Shown here: piece after piece, positions 1 through 12,884 of the stretch
Position numbering within the stretch: the stretch's first letter is position 1
How the letters are laid out: each line of letters starts with the position of its first letter
NCBI GenBank assembly: GCA_013115125.1
Contig: JABANN010000015.1
Coordinates: forward strand, 1 to 64,000
Length of the DNA: 64,000 nt
Source: Perkinsus olseni
Taxonomy: Eukaryota
Direction: 5' to 3'
Made by a program: the position numbers and the translations under genes
The notes under the pieces: model-generated
What the model saw: the letters and a program-made list of their open reading frames with translations, nothing else
The model's database searches: none
Told to the model about the DNA's origin: nothing

Positions 1-2
1 GC

Positions 3-920
3 GATCAGGATGAACGGATGGTGCGAGATACCCAATCTCTCGCACCAGTTGACAATTCCTCTCATACCAGCCTCTACATGCACAGAATCCTCGCGACTGC
101 TGTAACCAACCGAGAGTAATTGAAATGAGCCTTTTCGAGAGTGAGTGCCCAACAATAATGTGGGTATTCCAACCCACGATAAATTGTGGGTGAAATCACC
201 CACGAGGATTGTAGAATCCGCGTGGTTGCGGAGGAGTGACAGGCAGCTGAAGAACGCGAAATAGTCATCATTGGGGTCGAGAGATGACGCCAAGCAGAAT
301 GCTTGGGTGTCGTCTCTAGGTGGGCTGGGCAGGCTCTCAACATACTCCTTCAGCTCGTAGAAAGTCTTCCCAGGCCCACCAATGCCATCGTGACGCTCTT
401 GCTTGCAAGCATATCGACGGTTATAGACTTGTTTACGCACCGCATCCGATGGCTCAGCTAACCGCGCATCAGCGAGTTTCCTCATGGTTTTCCATGGTGG
501 AACTCCCTCAATCGCGTCCTTATCCACGATGCTCTTGACCGCGGTACTCAACGGCGGCAGACGCTCTGCTTGCCCTGATACACGCTCATGTGGTGAGTGC
601 TCGGTGGGGAGCTCCAAATGAAATCCGCTCGGGCCATATACCACATTAACGGTCCAGCGGCACCGTTGCCAGCCCACCCTATCACCGAAGGGGCATCGGT
701 AGACATCCACTCTCTCGTTCCCGGCACGTGTTTGCGTATCCTTTTTACACAGCTTCTCAACATCAGCGCCGGCAAAGCTCGTCGCTGCTCGGAGAGCCCC
801 TTCGAGAGTGTCGAATGGTCCATCTTGGAATCGTTTTTGTGTTCGCTGTCGTTTGACAGGACTCGCTCTCTGAGAGAGAGGTGACTCATTTTGGCGCCCT
901 GTGGTAACGGCCCTATTCAT
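3..920 (-). mobile_element. Mutator-like (MULE) DDE transposase, 5' part; reading frame runs off the left window edge
   Basis: Manual translation of an uninterrupted frame from ATG 920 (alternative ATG 968), absent from the ORF track because it has no stop in the window. Contains a C..C..H..H zinc-finger-like segment (VYRCPFGDRVGWQRCRWTV...HSPH), then KQVYNRR, then a MULE-like core ILVGDFTHNLSWVGIPTLLLGTHSRKGSFQLLSVGYSSREDS. Confidence 0.8.
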
Positions 921-2322
921 CGTGACTGGCGATATGAACCGGTCACGGGTAGAACCACGTTCGGTCATTTAGGTACGAGAGGGAAAGCTCCCAAGGATCG
1001 TGCCAATGGATCTTGTGCATGTGTCGGCCCAGCACAGCTCCTGACAGATTGGCACTATAGTCTCAAAGTAGAGCAGCCGAGTGCGAACGCTGAGCCCGAG
1101 AGCTCGCGATGCATTACTTCACAACATCGTAATGCATTGACAGTACGAAACTCAAAACGATATTGATGATGATACTTTCGTCATAAAAAGTGTCACTGGT
1201 ACACTGCCCTACTAAGGAATCCGTGGGCTCGCACTTCATAGTTCCAGGAGGAACTAAGTTCCTCCCCCATTGGACCGTGAAACAGTTGGTCAAGATCGTC
1301 GATGGCGGGCATATTGACACATGGTATAGATGACAACTATGAACACAAGACGGGCACAGCCGCTCACAACTATGGACATAACTTGAGCTGAAACTCGGGT
1401 TTAAATTCATGCAATGACAAAGGACATCAGAATCGCCTCACATCGACACGTCACTGCCATCGCTTGGCCGCAAACTTCTCGGGGACTTCCACTCGAGGCT
1501 CAACGTATCATCTTCAACATCCATGAGGTCGTCAACCTCGCGTACGAGGTTAGGCGTGTCGAAAGGCTCGGATCCGCCTGTAGACGGAACATTACGAACC
1601 GCATCGTATAGTCAGTCAATCTATCACCTCCGATCGTCGGGAAGAACCGATCGTAGAAGAAGAGGTATCCACATTGAGCGAAGGCATTCGACTCCGCAAC
1701 CTGGACGGGAACTCAAAAGGTATTAGGACGTCCAGGATGGGGTACGCGAGATGACCCCACAGAGAAAGGAAACAACAATAACCCACCATAGTAATAGTGT
1801 GATCGTTGCACTCGAACCACTTTCCACACACATGAGCAAAAGCCCGGTAATGCCCGGAGGACGGCGCGGAGAAGGCAAGGCAACGCGCGTTATTTTAGGG
1901 CGAGCGAGAAATTTAGTGACAGTTCTTGAGAATTTAGTGACAGAGCCTGTTTGTTCCCCACAGAGCCCCAGCGCTCAGCCGCGATTTTCTGTCGAATTGT
2001 CCCAGCTTTACGAAACCGCAGCTGCGCTCGCCGTGCTGATCGATATCCGGTGAAGGCCGGAACTTGCACATCCCCCCCTCTCTCTCTCGCTCACGGCCGC
2101 TGTTCGGCCAGGCGACTCTGCAAAGCCTCGGAGGATTCGACAGAGTTTATAAGGTCAACAATGGAAGTATAAAGAGGCTGACCAGGCATTGATAGGGAAT
2201 GTGACGGCCAGTAGGCCTTAGTCTGCAAACTATACATAGTACACGACAATCAGTGTTATCGTCGGACCAGAGTAAAAAATGTCTTCATTATTCGATAATA
2301 CAATAGTAGATAATAGTACAAT

Positions 2323-2404
2323 GTTTTTTTCTTTCTTTTTCTTTCTTTTTCTTTTTCTTTTTTTTCCTTTTTTGTTTTTTTTCTTTTTTTTCCTCTTCTT
2401 TTTC
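2323..2404. repeat. T-rich low-complexity tract (A-rich on minus strand)
   Basis: About 80 nt made almost entirely of T with interspersed C. Confidence 0.9.
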
Positions 2405-5400
2405 TCCGGAACTTGCACATCCGAAAATATTATATCGGAATGGCTCTTCTGCATAACCTCGCGTAACGATAATAGCTACTGAGTCATGCGCCTCGTGAGG
2501 TGGCTGCAGAAGGGCACGTCAACGCCGCCTCGAACAGTATTAGCATTAGGTAGGGCGGTTCAGTGTTCCTGCCCGGTACGTTGTAGTACGATAGGAATGG
2601 TACCTGGACGGAGTGTTTGGCTCGTTATGCGTGGTGAATTGACACGACCAACAGCCGATGCCAGTCGCTATATTACCGCGGTTACATTGAATTACCGCAT
2701 TGGCCTCCCTCGTGAGCTCCGATTACTCTGCAGTTCCTTTTACTCTGCAACTCTCTCGTCGAGATGTCGTCGTCAGTGACGGCTGTTGTGCCTTCGACCT
2801 CTGCAGGGGAGGCTGTACCTATCGCGGTAGTACGGGAGAGCGATGGGTGGTTCGTGGCTCGTAACCGTAATTGCTCCTAAGGCCGGGGTGCTTAATAACT
2901 AGCTGACTCTGCAGTGCGTTTTCAGTGCCTAGGCCAGAGGCCGGACGATTCTATTCTCTCCGGTCTTTACATGAATGTTGAGTCGAAGAAACGGAGAGGA
3001 AAGGAACGGTAATATGAACTCGCATGCCTGTTGTCCTTTGCGGGGTCGGTAGGGTGACCCCTCGGGCGAGACTGAGATGCGGAAAGTTCAGAAAGACGGT
3101 ACGAATCGAACTCGTATTCAGGGTGCACTTGGCCGGCGGTTATAAGGAGAACGAGAACGTAGAGTTAGTTGGCGAGCCTCAACCCAGGGGACCTACGAAG
3201 CTCGCAGTTGGCGTCAAGAGGAAGGGACATGATGGGAAAATGTAATCAGTATGAGCATGCCCCGGGCGAACAGTTGTTCCAGTTCAGTTGTTCGGTGCTT
3301 TTCACTCTTCGTAATTCGTTCTCGCCGGTTTGGGTTGCGTCAGTCTCTGCGCGAAAGTGGCGCATGGACAGGTACATCTTCCCTGCGTCAGCCTTTAACG
3401 TATCCACGAACATTAAGCACGAGGGGGTCGTGGGGGCCTTGGAGAAGGCTAAGTCCAGCACTACCACTTGTAAAAATGGGGATATACGCGCAGAGCTCGT
3501 GATTCACTTACATGGATGTTTAATAGTCCTTTCCGGCGCCTTGACAGCGTCGCTTCACGTTAATGCTCAGCGGACTGGTGTGACATTTGTTCGTCGTTTT
3601 CAGCGGACTGGGCGGACAAGCGTGGAGATCTCATTACCACTTTCGCACCTGTTAAGAAGAAGCGCCAGCTCAACAGTAATAGGGGATAGAAGGCACAGAA
3701 CGCCATAGCCCCCGTTCGAATATTGGTTCGGAGGCCATCAGGGCGTTTTCTTGTTCCTTTGCGTGGTTGTAGTCACATCATGCACGATATACTATTTGGT
3801 ATGCCCTGATGAGCTTCGGTATAGCCTCTCACGGGAACGAGAATTTTTACCGAAATCGTCATGGTGATGTCACCGTAGGTTTCCTGGCTAACCGTGTTAC
3901 CGATGATCGTATTGAGAATTTCGGTCAAGCGAAACGGACCCTGCAGAAGAGGCTGTCGGAGTTCTCGGAGTCTCCAAATGACGAGGATCTTAAGAAAGAA
4001 CTGAAGTCGGAGGCGTCACCCGCTAAGAAGGCTAAGAAGGACATCCCCGAAGGCGTGCCTAAAAGTAGTACCTGTTCGGGCGAGCGTGCATCCGATGATC
4101 CTTGGCCGCACTACTTCCCTGTTGCTCAGGCGTTTACCGACAAATGAAGGAATTCCTGCCTTCGTTCGACGCGCACGTTTCGAAGGTTGATAAGATTTTC
4201 GATCTCAGTCAGGAGCTCTTCACCAAAGAGCTGGTACGCAGGTGCTGGAGATGTTTATAGTTCCTCATACTGCTTATCGGTCCTGTCTTGTTTCGAAGAG
4301 CCTTTTGTTCTCAGCTCAGCAAGGCGAACGTCCAGAAGTGCGATTTGGCGTGGGAGTTATGCGAATGGTTGAAGCAAGGGTAGTACAGAAGCTTGGAGTT
4401 CTGCAGCTCTGGGTTGCGCTCTGAGTTCTCGAGAAATTGATCTCTCTCTCAGAGCCCGAGTTGGCCACAAGTGCACGAAGCCGAGCATGGACGCAGCCTT
4501 CTCGTCCAGGATAATCCTTGAACTGGGCCGACAGTAGATAAGCTGTTACCAAAATCTCTTTTTATCGTTTCTGGCAGGTTCACGACCTGCCCAGTCGCCA
4601 ACCGCACGTACAAGGTCCATGACTTCGCCTCGCGTCTGGTGATCGTTATTGGCCTTCTTCGGCTCTTCCAGGTAATTATCGCCGTTCGCGGGCTCGCCAT
4701 AGCAATAACCTTTTTTAGTTCGGTGGTCCCTCATGTTAGTTCTAACGATCGAGTCATTTTGTTTCTCAGTTACGCCGCGAGAATCACCTCTCTTTCGACG
4801 AGACCAACACCTGGGGAGTCCCTGTGCCTGTAATCATCAGAAGGGAGGGGCTTACCGTTCGTGAGCTTACTCGTCCTACTCGTAGAATAGGGCTTGCTAG
4901 CTGGCCCAACGAGGCCATCTCGAGCTCTCGTTACCCCTTGTTCTACATAATCTGCTTATTTTCCCTTGCTTCATCAGCTCGCCAATTCTCTATGGTACAT
5001 CTTCAACGGTGAGAACCCGAACGTGAAGCGGATGTCTGGTAATACACTGCCGTGATCACTCCTCTGAGAGCTGGCAGTGTTTTTCTTCATCAGTCACGAG
5101 CAACTACAAGCTCTGCTGTTTCCTGATTATCTCGATCTTGGCACTGGCGCAGGCCCCGGCTTGGTCGTTCGAGTAAGCAGGCGGTCCACTTCGCTTCGAG
5201 TGGGCATCCCGTGCTCCGGCTTAGGTTCATCCACCTATGCGAGGATGTGCCTACGATGAAGGACAAGGAGCTCTTCCAGGTACTCCGGGGCTGTTCGCAA
5301 TGAGGTTACGATGGCACCTGGTGCTCGCTATTATTAGACCCTGTGCTTCTGCGGTATTAAAGTGTCCGGCGGGATGGAGAAGCTTCGAGGGAAGTTGGTC

Positions 5401-5656
5401 GCCCCTCTACGCCCGATAATGCTGAATCAAGGTAGTGACACTTGAAATGACATCCTGGTAGCCATTTTATGGGTGTGTTCAGGCGGATCGAGACGCAGGT
5501 CGTGAGTCGGAGCGCCGGCTTAAATGGGAGCCCATCACGTTTACGTCTTTCTAGAAAAATATTTACCAGCCCAGCTAAGCTGGCTCAGTCTTTGTTACGT
5601 TGAGTTGTCAATGGTGAGGGCACGGGGATGTTGGCACTTCGGTATGATGATGAAGC

Positions 5657-8600
5657 ATGGAAGGTTGGTGGGAGCTTCCTACAGTTTGTGAGATGCGCCC
5701 TTCCTCGGCTGGCTCTCTCTCTTCTCACGCACGGCGCTCGTCCGGTCACCACGCTTCGAGATCAGCCGCCGACTCGGCAATAGCGGCCGAGCGGGAAGCA
5801 CAGATCGATTCCTTGGTGAAGAGACTTGCCGAGCAGAGGCAGGTTGAGCAGGAGCTTCGTATTGATATTGAGGTGAAGAACTGAATTTATCGGCATGCGT
5901 GTGGTGGGCTCTCATGGGCCTCGCGCAGAACCTAGAGGCTGAGCGAAGCCGAGAAGCAGAGGAAGCCAGGAGCCGGTTGGCGATAGCTGAGAACGAGGTA
6001 GAGCGTGCTTGGTTGGGGGCGCGCGTCGATCGGTATCGGTGCAGACGAGGAGCTGGCAGCGTCAGCATGAGGAGGCAAACCAGCGGATTCAGCAACTACG
6101 AGAGGAGAGGAAAAAAGCTGATGAGTGAGCAGGGCCGAGTGATGCCTTGAGGATTATAGCGGCCTGGCTTGCTCTGGAATTAACAGCGTGGTGCATTTCA
6201 AGGGAGCACGCCGAGAGATTGACTGCCGCTAGCGAGAAGTCAGAGAAACTGGAGAGGGAAATCGAAGTGCTTCGAAAGGAACTGAGAGAATCCGAAGTCC
6301 GGCTACAGGTGAGCTATCGCCTCGTAGATTGGCTGTTGCATTGGTCGTGCAGAATGAGTCTCGGGAGCGAGCTGCCCTGGCTAGAGCGGTCCACGCTGCG
6401 GAAGACCGCCTCGGGAGCTCAGAGCTCCAGGCTTCTCAGTTGAGGGCAGACCTGGATGAGATCTGTCGCGAGAACTCGGAGTTGAAGGACCGGTAGGCTC
6501 CCGGCCTGCTACTCCGTATTATCCCGTGGAGCCTCGAAGGTACATGACGGCGGGGGAACGCTTTGAGAGGCTGATGGAGAGTGAGGAGGAGCATACGAAG
6601 GAGCTCACTAGGCAGCTCGAGGAGGAGGTGAGTTTACCGCGCGAAGCGCTGCATCGGTCGGAGTTTGCGTTGTCGAGGCAGCGGTTACGTAGGTCAGAGC
6701 AGCCCGGGAGAAGGCCGATAGATATAAAAGCAAATTGCAGAAGAGCCAGAACGATTTGGAGCAGCTACGAGATAGCCTCTCGCGAGAGCAGAGCAAGACG
6801 CGAGAGCGCGAGAGAGAAGTTGACAGGCTCATGAGAATGGTGGAGGATGAGCGGACAGCGTGAGAGGGTTGGCCATCGTGATTCAAGTTTTTCGCCCTTT
6901 ACACCTCACGGTAAGGTGTCTCCGGATTCAGGAAAGAGAAGACGCTTGCAGAGCTTAGCCGAGAGGATACGATGCCGCTGAGAGTGCATGAGCAGATAGT
7001 TGCAGATATGCGGTAGAGGAGGGGGTCGCCTGGCCAATGTCCCTCTGCGTCGGTCGAGAACTAAGGCTATGAGCTTAGAATAATATTTTCCGCGAAAGCT
7101 GGGAGGCTTCTCGCAGGCATCAAGCAGCGCAGCAGTTGGACGATAAGCAACGCTCTTTGGACGAGCAATGGCAACGTCGGCTCAGTGAGAAGCTGGAGCA
7201 GCAGAAGGTGACTTGCACGCAACCGATCGTATCGTTCGAACGCAGAACCGGCGGGAAGAAATCCCTACTGGGTCCGGTCCCAGGTCTGCCGCAGACCGTC
7301 TGCGCATGGTGGTGGTCCTTGTTAGAATGAGACTTCCAAGGCAATGGACCGCATAAGGGAAGGGATTAAGGACCTCGACAAGCAGAAGGATGAGCTGAAG
7401 GGGGAGAACGGTCGACTGAAGGATGACAAGCGACAGCTGCAGGAGCACATAACGACCCTGGTCGACAAGTGAGCGGCGCAGCAGTGCCGAGCGGAGGAGG
7501 GTGATGGTATCGTGTGCCTCTATCAGGCTCGAGAAGGTTGATCGACAGCGGCAGCTACTGGAGGGCAAGGTGGATGAGGTCACGGACCAACTGGAGAGGA
7601 ACAAGTACGTCGCTGTGCGGTCGCGTTGGGGATTCCTTTTGCTGCTGTTCAGAGAGATGTATACGGTGGAGATGAATAGAGGGCTGCAGTACCAAGGAGA
7701 GGTGTCGAGGCTGCAACGGTGGGTCGGGCTGGGATGGGACGGGACGGGTGGAATGGTCCTGGCAGGGTGGAGCATAGACAGGAGCAGCAGGTCGACGACC
7801 TCAAGGCTGAGGTGCTCAGGCTGCGGCAAACTCATAGCGACGCTGAGAAGATACTGCAGGAGAGCTCTCGATTAAAGTGAGACGAGGTTGGGGAATTATG
7901 GTATGTGCTGTGAGGTTAGGGGAGAAGTCACCTCACTGACTGACACTGTGAAGGCCCTCGAACAGCAGAGGGTGGATGATCGGAAGCAGATTGGAGCGCT
8001 GCAGAAGGACCTCCGGGTGAGTCACAGGAGGTTGCCTTTGGGATGCTGTGAGTCGCTGGTCAGGGTGAGAAGGCGAGATCAAGTCGACTAGGCCAAGCAG
8101 CGGCTACAGCAGTGAGCAGGTGAGGGACGTTAGCGGGCTTCGTTTATAAGGGCTTGATGAAGGTTGGACGAGCAAGTCAGAGCACTGAGGCCGGATCTAC
8201 TCGCCCTTCGGTCTGACGCCTCTACTGACCTCGCTAGGACTGCCGGTAACATTTGCACTGCCAGGGCTTCAGTCTGGCTAGGTGGGGCGTGCTGTGCAGA
8301 CTGGATCACTGCTCGCTTGCGAGAGCTCACAAGCGAGTTCGGCTCGGCGACCCACCTGCAGCTCACTAGGCATGCGGTCATGTTCAAGGATGTGTCGAGC
8401 AGACTGGAGGAGTCGCAAAATCGCGGAGCGAAGTTGAGAGAAGAACTTAAGGTAGCGAACCGTCGCTGACCGGCGGCGGTATGGCGAAGGAGGCCGCTGC
8501 AGGGGTTGAGGGCTGCCAACGAGCAGAGAGGCGAAGAACTGGCAAGCTTGAGATCGAAGGAATCTTCAGCGAGAGCTGAGCTAGCTGTGAGTGGCAGCAC

Positions 8601-10790
8601 CAGATGGTTAGTGAATATCGAGAGCCGGACTCCAGGCTGCACGAGAGCATATCGCGGCCATGGTGGGGATGATGGACAGGATAATGAAGATGCCTGATGG
8701 GGAAAAGATGGGGGAGGAGCTCGCCGATGCTCTCGGGAAGAGTGAGTCATCGATGACACGATTCATCGATGCTGTTGAGGGAGCATCGACTGTAGCATGC
8801 TGGAGTTGTGGTTCTTTGCCGTGGCAGGTGACACCTTCCGCCACGTCCTCTCTCGGTACGACGGCCGCGTGACCAGGAGAGTATCAGCCTTGATTCAAGA
8901 AGCACAAGTTGGTGCAGTCCCTATGCCATCCTATATATCTCCTGATCCCTGTTAGGGAGAGGCAGACGCATTGGCTGCGAGCTGCTTAGAGCTTGAATAT
9001 CGCTGTAAGAAGGCGGAGGCAGAGTTCAGGAATCAGGCGTGAGGCCCCGATGGAGCACGCTAGGGTTCGATCCGTGGCCGCCCTCAGGTCTGTGCGATCG
9101 AGCTTGGAGACAATGGCTACACAGCGGTCAGCTGAACTCGAGGGAGCACTGGAGCGGTATGGTCGACTCGAGTTTTGACTGGAGGCTGAGCCACTGCTGC
9201 TGCAGGGCGAAGGTGCTAGAAGGTCGCTGCCGAGATTTGGAGAAGAGCGCAGAGGAAGCTCAGGCGGAGTTCCATGACAAGGTGAGTAGAACCTGGGTTG
9301 GACTGCAAGATTCTTCAACCTTGACCGACCTGCCTGGCTCTGTCCAGTTGCATACTGCGGTCCGACGCACCAAGGACGCCCTTCGTGCAGAGATAGATGA
9401 GCTGCAAGCGCAGATGCTGGATCTACGGCGGCAGTTTGAGGTGGAGGTTGCGAGGGTCAGTGAGGAGGCTGCGTAGGGCACTGGGGGAAGGGATTGGGAG
9501 TCTCCTTTTTGCGGGTCGATAGTTTGCTCCTGGAGCTTGGTTTTACGCAGCCTCTTTTATTTAGGACGAGGGCGGCGGCTTTCAAACGCCACTGTGAGGA
9601 GAAGTTCTCAGATGAGCGGAAGAAAGCGTCAATGGAGATTGACTCTGCGAGAAGGGAGAAGGAACGACTGGAGAAGGAGAAGGTAATAAGGCATACTCGG
9701 TAATAAGGCATACTCGGGGAGGTCATTAGTGCCGTCAAAGACTTCCTCATTCTTTATTCAACCCGGTCAGAACCGGATGGGAGATCAGCTCCATGCAGTA
9801 GAGAAGGAGTTATCGCGAGTGCTCGTTGAGAAGCAGGAACTTGATAATGAGACCCAGCTGATACGACGGGTGGGCACCACCCGGCTGGAGTGTGGTGGGG
9901 TGAAGGACCGACGTCCCCCCTGCCACTCCAGGCTCTGAATGCAGCTGAGAAGCGTCTAGAGAAGGACGAGGATGCTATCCGGGCGAAGGATGATCAGGTC
10001 CGCGGGCGTCCCCGGTCTTCGTTGATTTTAGGGTCGGAAATTCAGAATGCTGAACTACTGCGGGCTTCATCGTCAGAGTCCGATCATTCTCAGGTTGCCA
10101 AACTCAGCGAATCGAGAAGCAGCGAAATTTCGCGGCTGAGGAAGACCATAAGTGAGCAGAACGGCGAGCTGGAGCACTTGAAGGGCCAAGCCCGAAAGGC
10201 TCGAGAAAGCCGCGACTCGATTTATCGTATCATCTCGCAGACTGCTGGGCGTCATGGCATAGGTAGTAGGACTGACCGCACCTGCAGCTTCTGACGTCGT
10301 GCTGGTGCGTCTTCTCAGACATGACGCGGTCCACGGCTGGTAGTCCACGTGCCTCGATGGGACGGATGAGTTTTCATGGTTCGCTGCCGCGGAGCCCGCG
10401 GGCTTCGGTGTCGGTGGCGAGGAGCCCGATGGCTTCGCTGGTTGAAGGTGCCTCCCCGCGGTTCACGAGCTCGCCGAACCTCCCCAATCGGGGTAGGCCG
10501 CCTGCTGATCGCAATCGAGGATTTCATCTCTCTCAGAACCCGAGAAGTCTCGTAGATCCCCCGTGACTCCCCCTCGTAGGAGGCCCGCTGCTATGGAGCA
10601 GCCACCGGCTCGAGAGCCTGAATCGCTGAGCCACTCAGTGGCTCTGAGTGCCCCACCGGAATCGGTCCACAGATGCAAATCGCTGAACGGTGAAGGCCGA
10701 TCTGAGATTAGTCGTGCGGTCAGCGTTCAGCTGGACAGAACACGACGGACGCTGGAGCAATTGAAGAGCGCAGAACGCAGCTCTCGCTGA
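5657..10790 (+). CDS. Large multi-exon coiled-coil protein with Ser/Pro/Arg-rich C-terminal region
   Basis: Series of E/K/R/L/Q-rich exons (EREAQIDSLVKRLAEQRQ, LEKVDRQRQLLEGKVDEVTDQLERN, AAFKRHCEEKFSDERKK) separated by ~50-nt GT-AG introns; stop TGA 10788-10790. Start uncertain. Confidence 0.7.
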
Positions 10791-12811
10791 TACTCTTTCG
10801 GTCTATGGCGACCCTACCCTAAGCTACAGTTTGGTACACTACACGCTTCTCATGATGATAATTCGTCTTCGTCTTCGAGAGCTCTGGCCTTGTGTTGAGT
10901 CAGTGGCTGCATGGTCGGGTATGGAGCATTCGACATCTCAGTCGGGTGGATCTATTGCGGACGGGGCCACCCTTACTCGGTTGGTGACACTCACGACAGC
11001 GAGGAATCTCCGAGGTGTTCGCTGGCTGCTCCTGTCTTGCAGAGGCAGGGAAGCTGCCTGTGCCTCGTTTGACGGGCCCGATTCGTGCTGCAACCTACCC
11101 CCCCGACAGTGCTTTCGTCGGAAGCCTTTCGGGGTGGTCGCTGAGCTCACGCGCCTCCTCTACTCCGAGTGTGATCGCTTTTTATGGAGTCGATGATACT
11201 GACCTCACACTGACCTGAATTGGTGGAACCAATTTAACTGATCTCCCACTAGATGATCAGCCTCACCCCCTCAGCTGTTGAGGAGTGAATGTCCGTCTCG
11301 TGCTCACCAGTATTGAAGAAGTACTTCGTCAGGGCAGAGAGGCATGGGGCTGCAGTTCAAACCTTGGATGATGCGCTGCTCCGGGAAGTTGAGGACACCA
11401 GGCGGCGCCTCGAGATGGCGGAGAGTGAGGTACGACGCGTCGACTCCGAGTCGAACGCCAGTTGCTTCTCTATCGTTGAATGATAGAGTTCCAACCGGAG
11501 TATATTCAGATATCTCATCTCACGGCCGAGCTCGATGAAGTGTGCCTCGAGAATTCTGAGTTGAAGGACCGGTAGGCTGCCCGGCTGCTGCTACGTATCA
11601 ACTAGTGGAGCCTCGAAGGTACATGACGGCGGGAGAGCGCTTCGAGAGGCTGATGGAGAGTGAGGAGGAGCATACGAAGGAGCTCACCAGGCAGCTCGAG
11701 GAGGAGAGAGTAACTGTGTCGCGATCTCGCCTTGGCTGGTTCACCATAGACTCGCGGCTCTCCATAGTATGAGGCCCAGAGTTTGCCGAGTTTTCTCACC
11801 TTCCGTTAGTCTTACCGGAAAATCGCCGCCTTAGACCTTTCTCCGAGCTTTCGACGCCCTATCGATTCAGATACACATCGCATGTCCTGACGAGGAAACT
11901 GGATCGCTCTCCGAGATCGTGAAGGGCGGAGCTTCGTAAGATTGTTGGCAGTGTTTTCACCAAAACTTGAGCGGCGCGAACTCAGTGCGTATTGACTATT
12001 GTGCATCTACCGACGGATTGGTTGGTCGTGAATAGCCTGGTTCGTGTCGGGAGGGCTTGCGCGCGATCATGGAGATAATGGATACCATCTCCCTGTTTGT
12101 TGACCGCGGTTGATCTGCTAAGCTCGATGTCCAAGACCTATAGCTCTCATTTCCAACCAATCAGGTCAGCTCGTGTGGTCGTATCAAATTGATGTGAGTG
12201 TACTGTGGACTCGATGGGAGAACAAACTCCAGCTTGATCTGGACTCTCCTTTTCCCAGCATCGAATCGAAGCGTCGTTTCCCAGCATCATTGAATCGCCT
12301 TACTAGCGCCCCTCGTAACTCAGTTGGCTGTGTGCAGCTTTTGAAGAAGTAGCTACCAGAGCGAAGTTCTTTTGTGTAGATGGCGCGATTTCTGGGGCCT
12401 GAGCCGCAGTCCGAGGCCGGTGGATACGGAAGCTGAGGAGGACCACCTTAGTGAACTATGGCATCAGCGACTAGAGGACAACCTCCGCCATCGGAAGGTA
12501 CGCATGGCAACTCCCTCACTCGGTCAAGGGCAGGAGTTCCTTCTCACGGATGAGAGTCGCGCATGGCGTTGAGCTCCGCCTGACTAGCTAGAGTTGGTAT
12601 TCGTCTCAGAGTGTCAATGCCAAGAGAACATACAGCATCCGGCAGGCGATAAAGCAGTTGGTGGGGGAGAGGGACGACTTGAAGGAAGAGAATACTGAGC
12701 TGAAAAATCAGGAAGAGACACTGCGAGAGGACGTCACCAGTCTGAGTGAAAAGTGAGAGGCGGAAGGTCAGGGTATCGAAGCCGGCGCGGCCAATCTGCC
12801 GAAAAGCGACA

Positions 12812-12884
12812 GAGATGAGCGTCTCCGTGTTAGGCTTGATTCAAGCCTAACACGGAGACGCTCATCTCATTCAAGCCGCTTGAA
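12812..12884. repeat. Perfect 28-bp inverted repeat with 1-nt centre; hAT-type excision footprint (inferred TSD GGCTTGAA)
   Basis: gagatgagcgtctccgtgttaggcttga-T-tcaagcctaacacggagacgctcatctc, followed by a-ttcaagc-C-gcttgaa. Confidence 0.8.

Noticed and set aside
74-889. Listed ORFs read as a retroviral-type integrase
   Set aside because: They are off-frame; the continuous frame is the MULE-like transposase.
2230-2482. Poly-Lys and poly-Phe ORFs
   Set aside because: Translation artefacts of the T-rich tract.
2950-5450. Scattered ORFs (3024-4147 and others) as a gene
   Set aside because: Could not assemble a consistent exon chain or find a motif; may be decayed gene fragments.
5457-5470. 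GTAGCCATTTT, resembling the dinoflagellate/Perkinsus spliced leader
   Set aside because: Only 11 nt match and the GGCTCAAG 3' part is missing; compatible with chance.
9682-9715. 17-nt tandem duplication (also a 10-nt one near 21261 and a short one near 31770)
   Set aside because: Simple direct duplications without inversion; slippage is sufficient.
4680-11770. Shared short motif GCTC(G/T)CCATAG near 4692 and 11757
   Set aside because: Too short to establish a repeat family by eye.
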